The translations under genes were made by a program, and so were the position numbers. The notes beneath the pieces are model-generated. The model made no database searches. It was not told where the DNA came from and saw only the letters and a program-made list of their open reading frames with translations. From Phycisphaerae bacterium (lineage in GTDB: Bacteria > Planctomycetota > Phycisphaerae > UBA1845 > Fen-1342): a DNA stretch of 24,000 nt. The stretch covers positions 739,591-763,590 of the forward strand of contig CAXXWX010000026.1 of NCBI GenBank assembly GCA_963675745.2, given 5' to 3'. Below, one piece after another: positions 23,836-24,000 of the stretch; position 1 is the stretch's first letter; each line of letters begins with the position of its first letter.

Positions 23836-24000
23836 TGAATCGCAGCTTCGCCGCGCTTTCAAGGACGACACGGCGGGTTGCGACAAGCTGCCGGACCTGA
23901 TCCTGGCACTGGAGCGTGCGCGTTTGCAATTCGAGGATCGCGCGGATCACTTTGATGAACCGGGAGCGCTGGCCGCCATCGAACGGATCGAGACGCTTTG
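23711..24000 (+). CDS. Hypothetical protein, 5' portion (runs off the right edge), or the continuation of the preceding gene after a frameshift
   Basis: The frame is open from 23690 to the window end. Candidate starts are GTG 23711, GTG 23732 and ATG 23759. The translation is protein-like: SHPDVAADPTLAAMLRSFIAGCETELHVVEAEQGDLADDESQLRRAFKDDTAGCDKLPDLILALERARLQFEDRADHFDEPGALAAIERIETL. Confidence 0.4.
   Translation, partial: MLSSHPDVAADPTLAAMLRSFIAGCETELHVVEAEQGDLADDESQLRRAFKDDTAGCDKLPDLILALERARLQFEDRADHFDEPGALAAIERIETL

Noticed and set aside
1-24000. Search for a defence system, prophage, transposon, integrase, toxin-antitoxin pair or tRNA insertion site.
   Set aside because: No recombinase, transposase, nuclease-ATPase module, terminal inverted repeat or tRNA gene was recognisable. 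The only PIN domain belongs to a YacL-type membrane protein with TRAM, a conserved housekeeping architecture rather than a VapC toxin with a partner antitoxin.

Overview
High-GC bacterial chromosomal window, almost fully coding. I saw no rRNA, tRNA, CRISPR array, transposase or integrase. The left half (about 1.1-11.4 kb, minus strand) is a compact division/cell-wall (dcw) operon: mraZ, rsmH, a two-LysM membrane protein, an ftsL-like gene, ftsI, murE, murF, mraY, ftsW. Most junctions are translationally coupled. murD is missing from its usual slot and the cluster stops after ftsW. Upstream on the same strand lie a PIN/TRAM (YacL-like) membrane protein and a 176-aa hypothetical. The right half holds an AlkA-like glycosylase (+), then on the minus strand rpsA, an ATGA-coupled MFS-mgtE pair, an orphan prepilin-type (DUF1559-like) protein and a Tat-signal DUF362-like protein. 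These are followed on the plus strand by a eukaryote-type UDP-N-acetylhexosamine pyrophosphorylase and two unclear ORFs with a frame switch at the right edge. The gene content fits a Planctomycetota-like lineage, but that is inference only. I found no defence island or mobile element. The best candidates for something undescribed are the bitopic LysM protein inside the dcw operon, a nested 64-bp palindromic element between murE and murF, G-rich direct repeats over a putative mraZ promoter, a 349-bp structured mraZ-rsmH spacer, and an AT-rich island with palindromic repeats upstream of the pilin-like gene. All functional calls rest on motifs I recognised by eye in the translations. No database search was run.
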